Positions 43,231 through 43,623 of a DNA stretch of 43,623 bases are shown here, piece after piece. The DNA lies in the IMG/VR virus record IMGVR_UViG_3300011439_000031, positions 1 through 43,623 of that record; one strand, given 5' to 3'. Every line of letters begins with the position of its first letter. Position 1 is the first letter of the stretch. Source of the stretch: a virus (taxonomy: Duplodnaviria; Caudoviricetes). A model generated the notes under the pieces. The model did not search any database, was not told the DNA's origin, and worked only from the letters and a program-made list of their open reading frames with translations. The position numbers and the translations under genes were made by a program.

Positions 43231-43443
43231 TTACAGTTCCTCATCTAGTAGCCTATGAAGATGAGTTAGGTGTTCATGGAACTCGTCGTGTAAGGCTGTA
43301 GGAGAGAACTGATCTCTAATATCTAACAAGAGAGCAACACCACATCTCTTACACGTAATGATACCTACACGGCCGCCCTCACTTGTAAAGGCAGCTACGT
43401 CGCTGTAGTTTGGATCTGAGTCGTGACTAGCTTTCTCGACCAT
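43231..43443 (-). CDS. Small Zn-binding hypothetical protein
   Basis: CKRCG...H...H. Confidence 0.6.
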   Translation of the reverse strand: MVEKASHDSDPNYSDVAAFTSEGGRVGIITCKRCGVALLLDIRDQFSPTALHDEFHEHLTHLHRLLDEEL

Positions 43444-43446
43444 GAG

Positions 43447-43623
43447 CTAAACCGACAGCGAATTAGAGTTGATACCGGCCTGATAATTGTAGAACTCTTG
43501 CATCTGAGTCACGAACCATTCAGCAACGTTCTTACGATCTTGTAGATCATAAATACCAAATCGTCCAAACTCTTGTGAATGACGAGAACTCATCCAATTC
43601 ATAACCTCTTCTACCTTGATACC
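43447..43623 (-). CDS. Partial ORF entering from the right window edge
   Basis: Stop-free frame GIKVEEVMNW...NSLSV-TAG. Confidence 0.55.
   Translation of the reverse strand, partial: GIKVEEVMNWMSSRHSQEFGRFGIYDLQDRKNVAEWFVTQMQEFYNYQAGINSNSLSV

Noticed and set aside
1-43623. Window ends joining as a closed circle, or stop-codon reassignment
   Set aside because: The partial ORFs at the two edges do not join in frame and no terminal overlap is visible; long genes translate intact with the standard code

Overview
Near-complete genome (both window edges cut through ORFs) of an apparently lytic, short-tailed (podovirus-like) dsDNA phage. A probable actinobacterial host is inferred from whiB, a leaderless-type promoter and Gram-positive-type operator boxes. 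Layout: (i) 1-9397, leftward early/accessory genes including a SNF2 helicase and an HTH protein; (ii) ~7780-9705, a control region rich in repeats and palindromes; (iii) 9706-35180, rightward morphogenesis genes (terminase, portal, scaffold, capsid, RcGTA-type head spike pair, a 43-repeat fibre-like protein, adaptor, nozzle, amidase, ejection-type proteins); (iv) whiB; (v) 35593-43623, leftward replication genes (RuvC-like resolvase, secreted lytic transglycosylase, PolA, primase-helicase, SSB, AAA ATPase, PD-(D/E)XK nuclease). No integrase, tape measure, sheath or CRISPR array was seen. The strongest unexplained signal is two tightly packed arrays of near-consensus operators for many unrelated HOST transcription factors (CRP, LexA, Fur-family, LacI-family, GlnR/MtrA-like, ArgR, TetR-like) at 8827-8989 and 9473-9601. 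Also notable: the octamer CCTGTACG is about 20-fold over-represented genome-wide; a tmRNA-like mini tRNA domain with G3-U70 sits at 40763-40845; and two unrelated proteins share the peptide NDPLAGEF. All protein calls come from motif recognition by eye; no database search was run.
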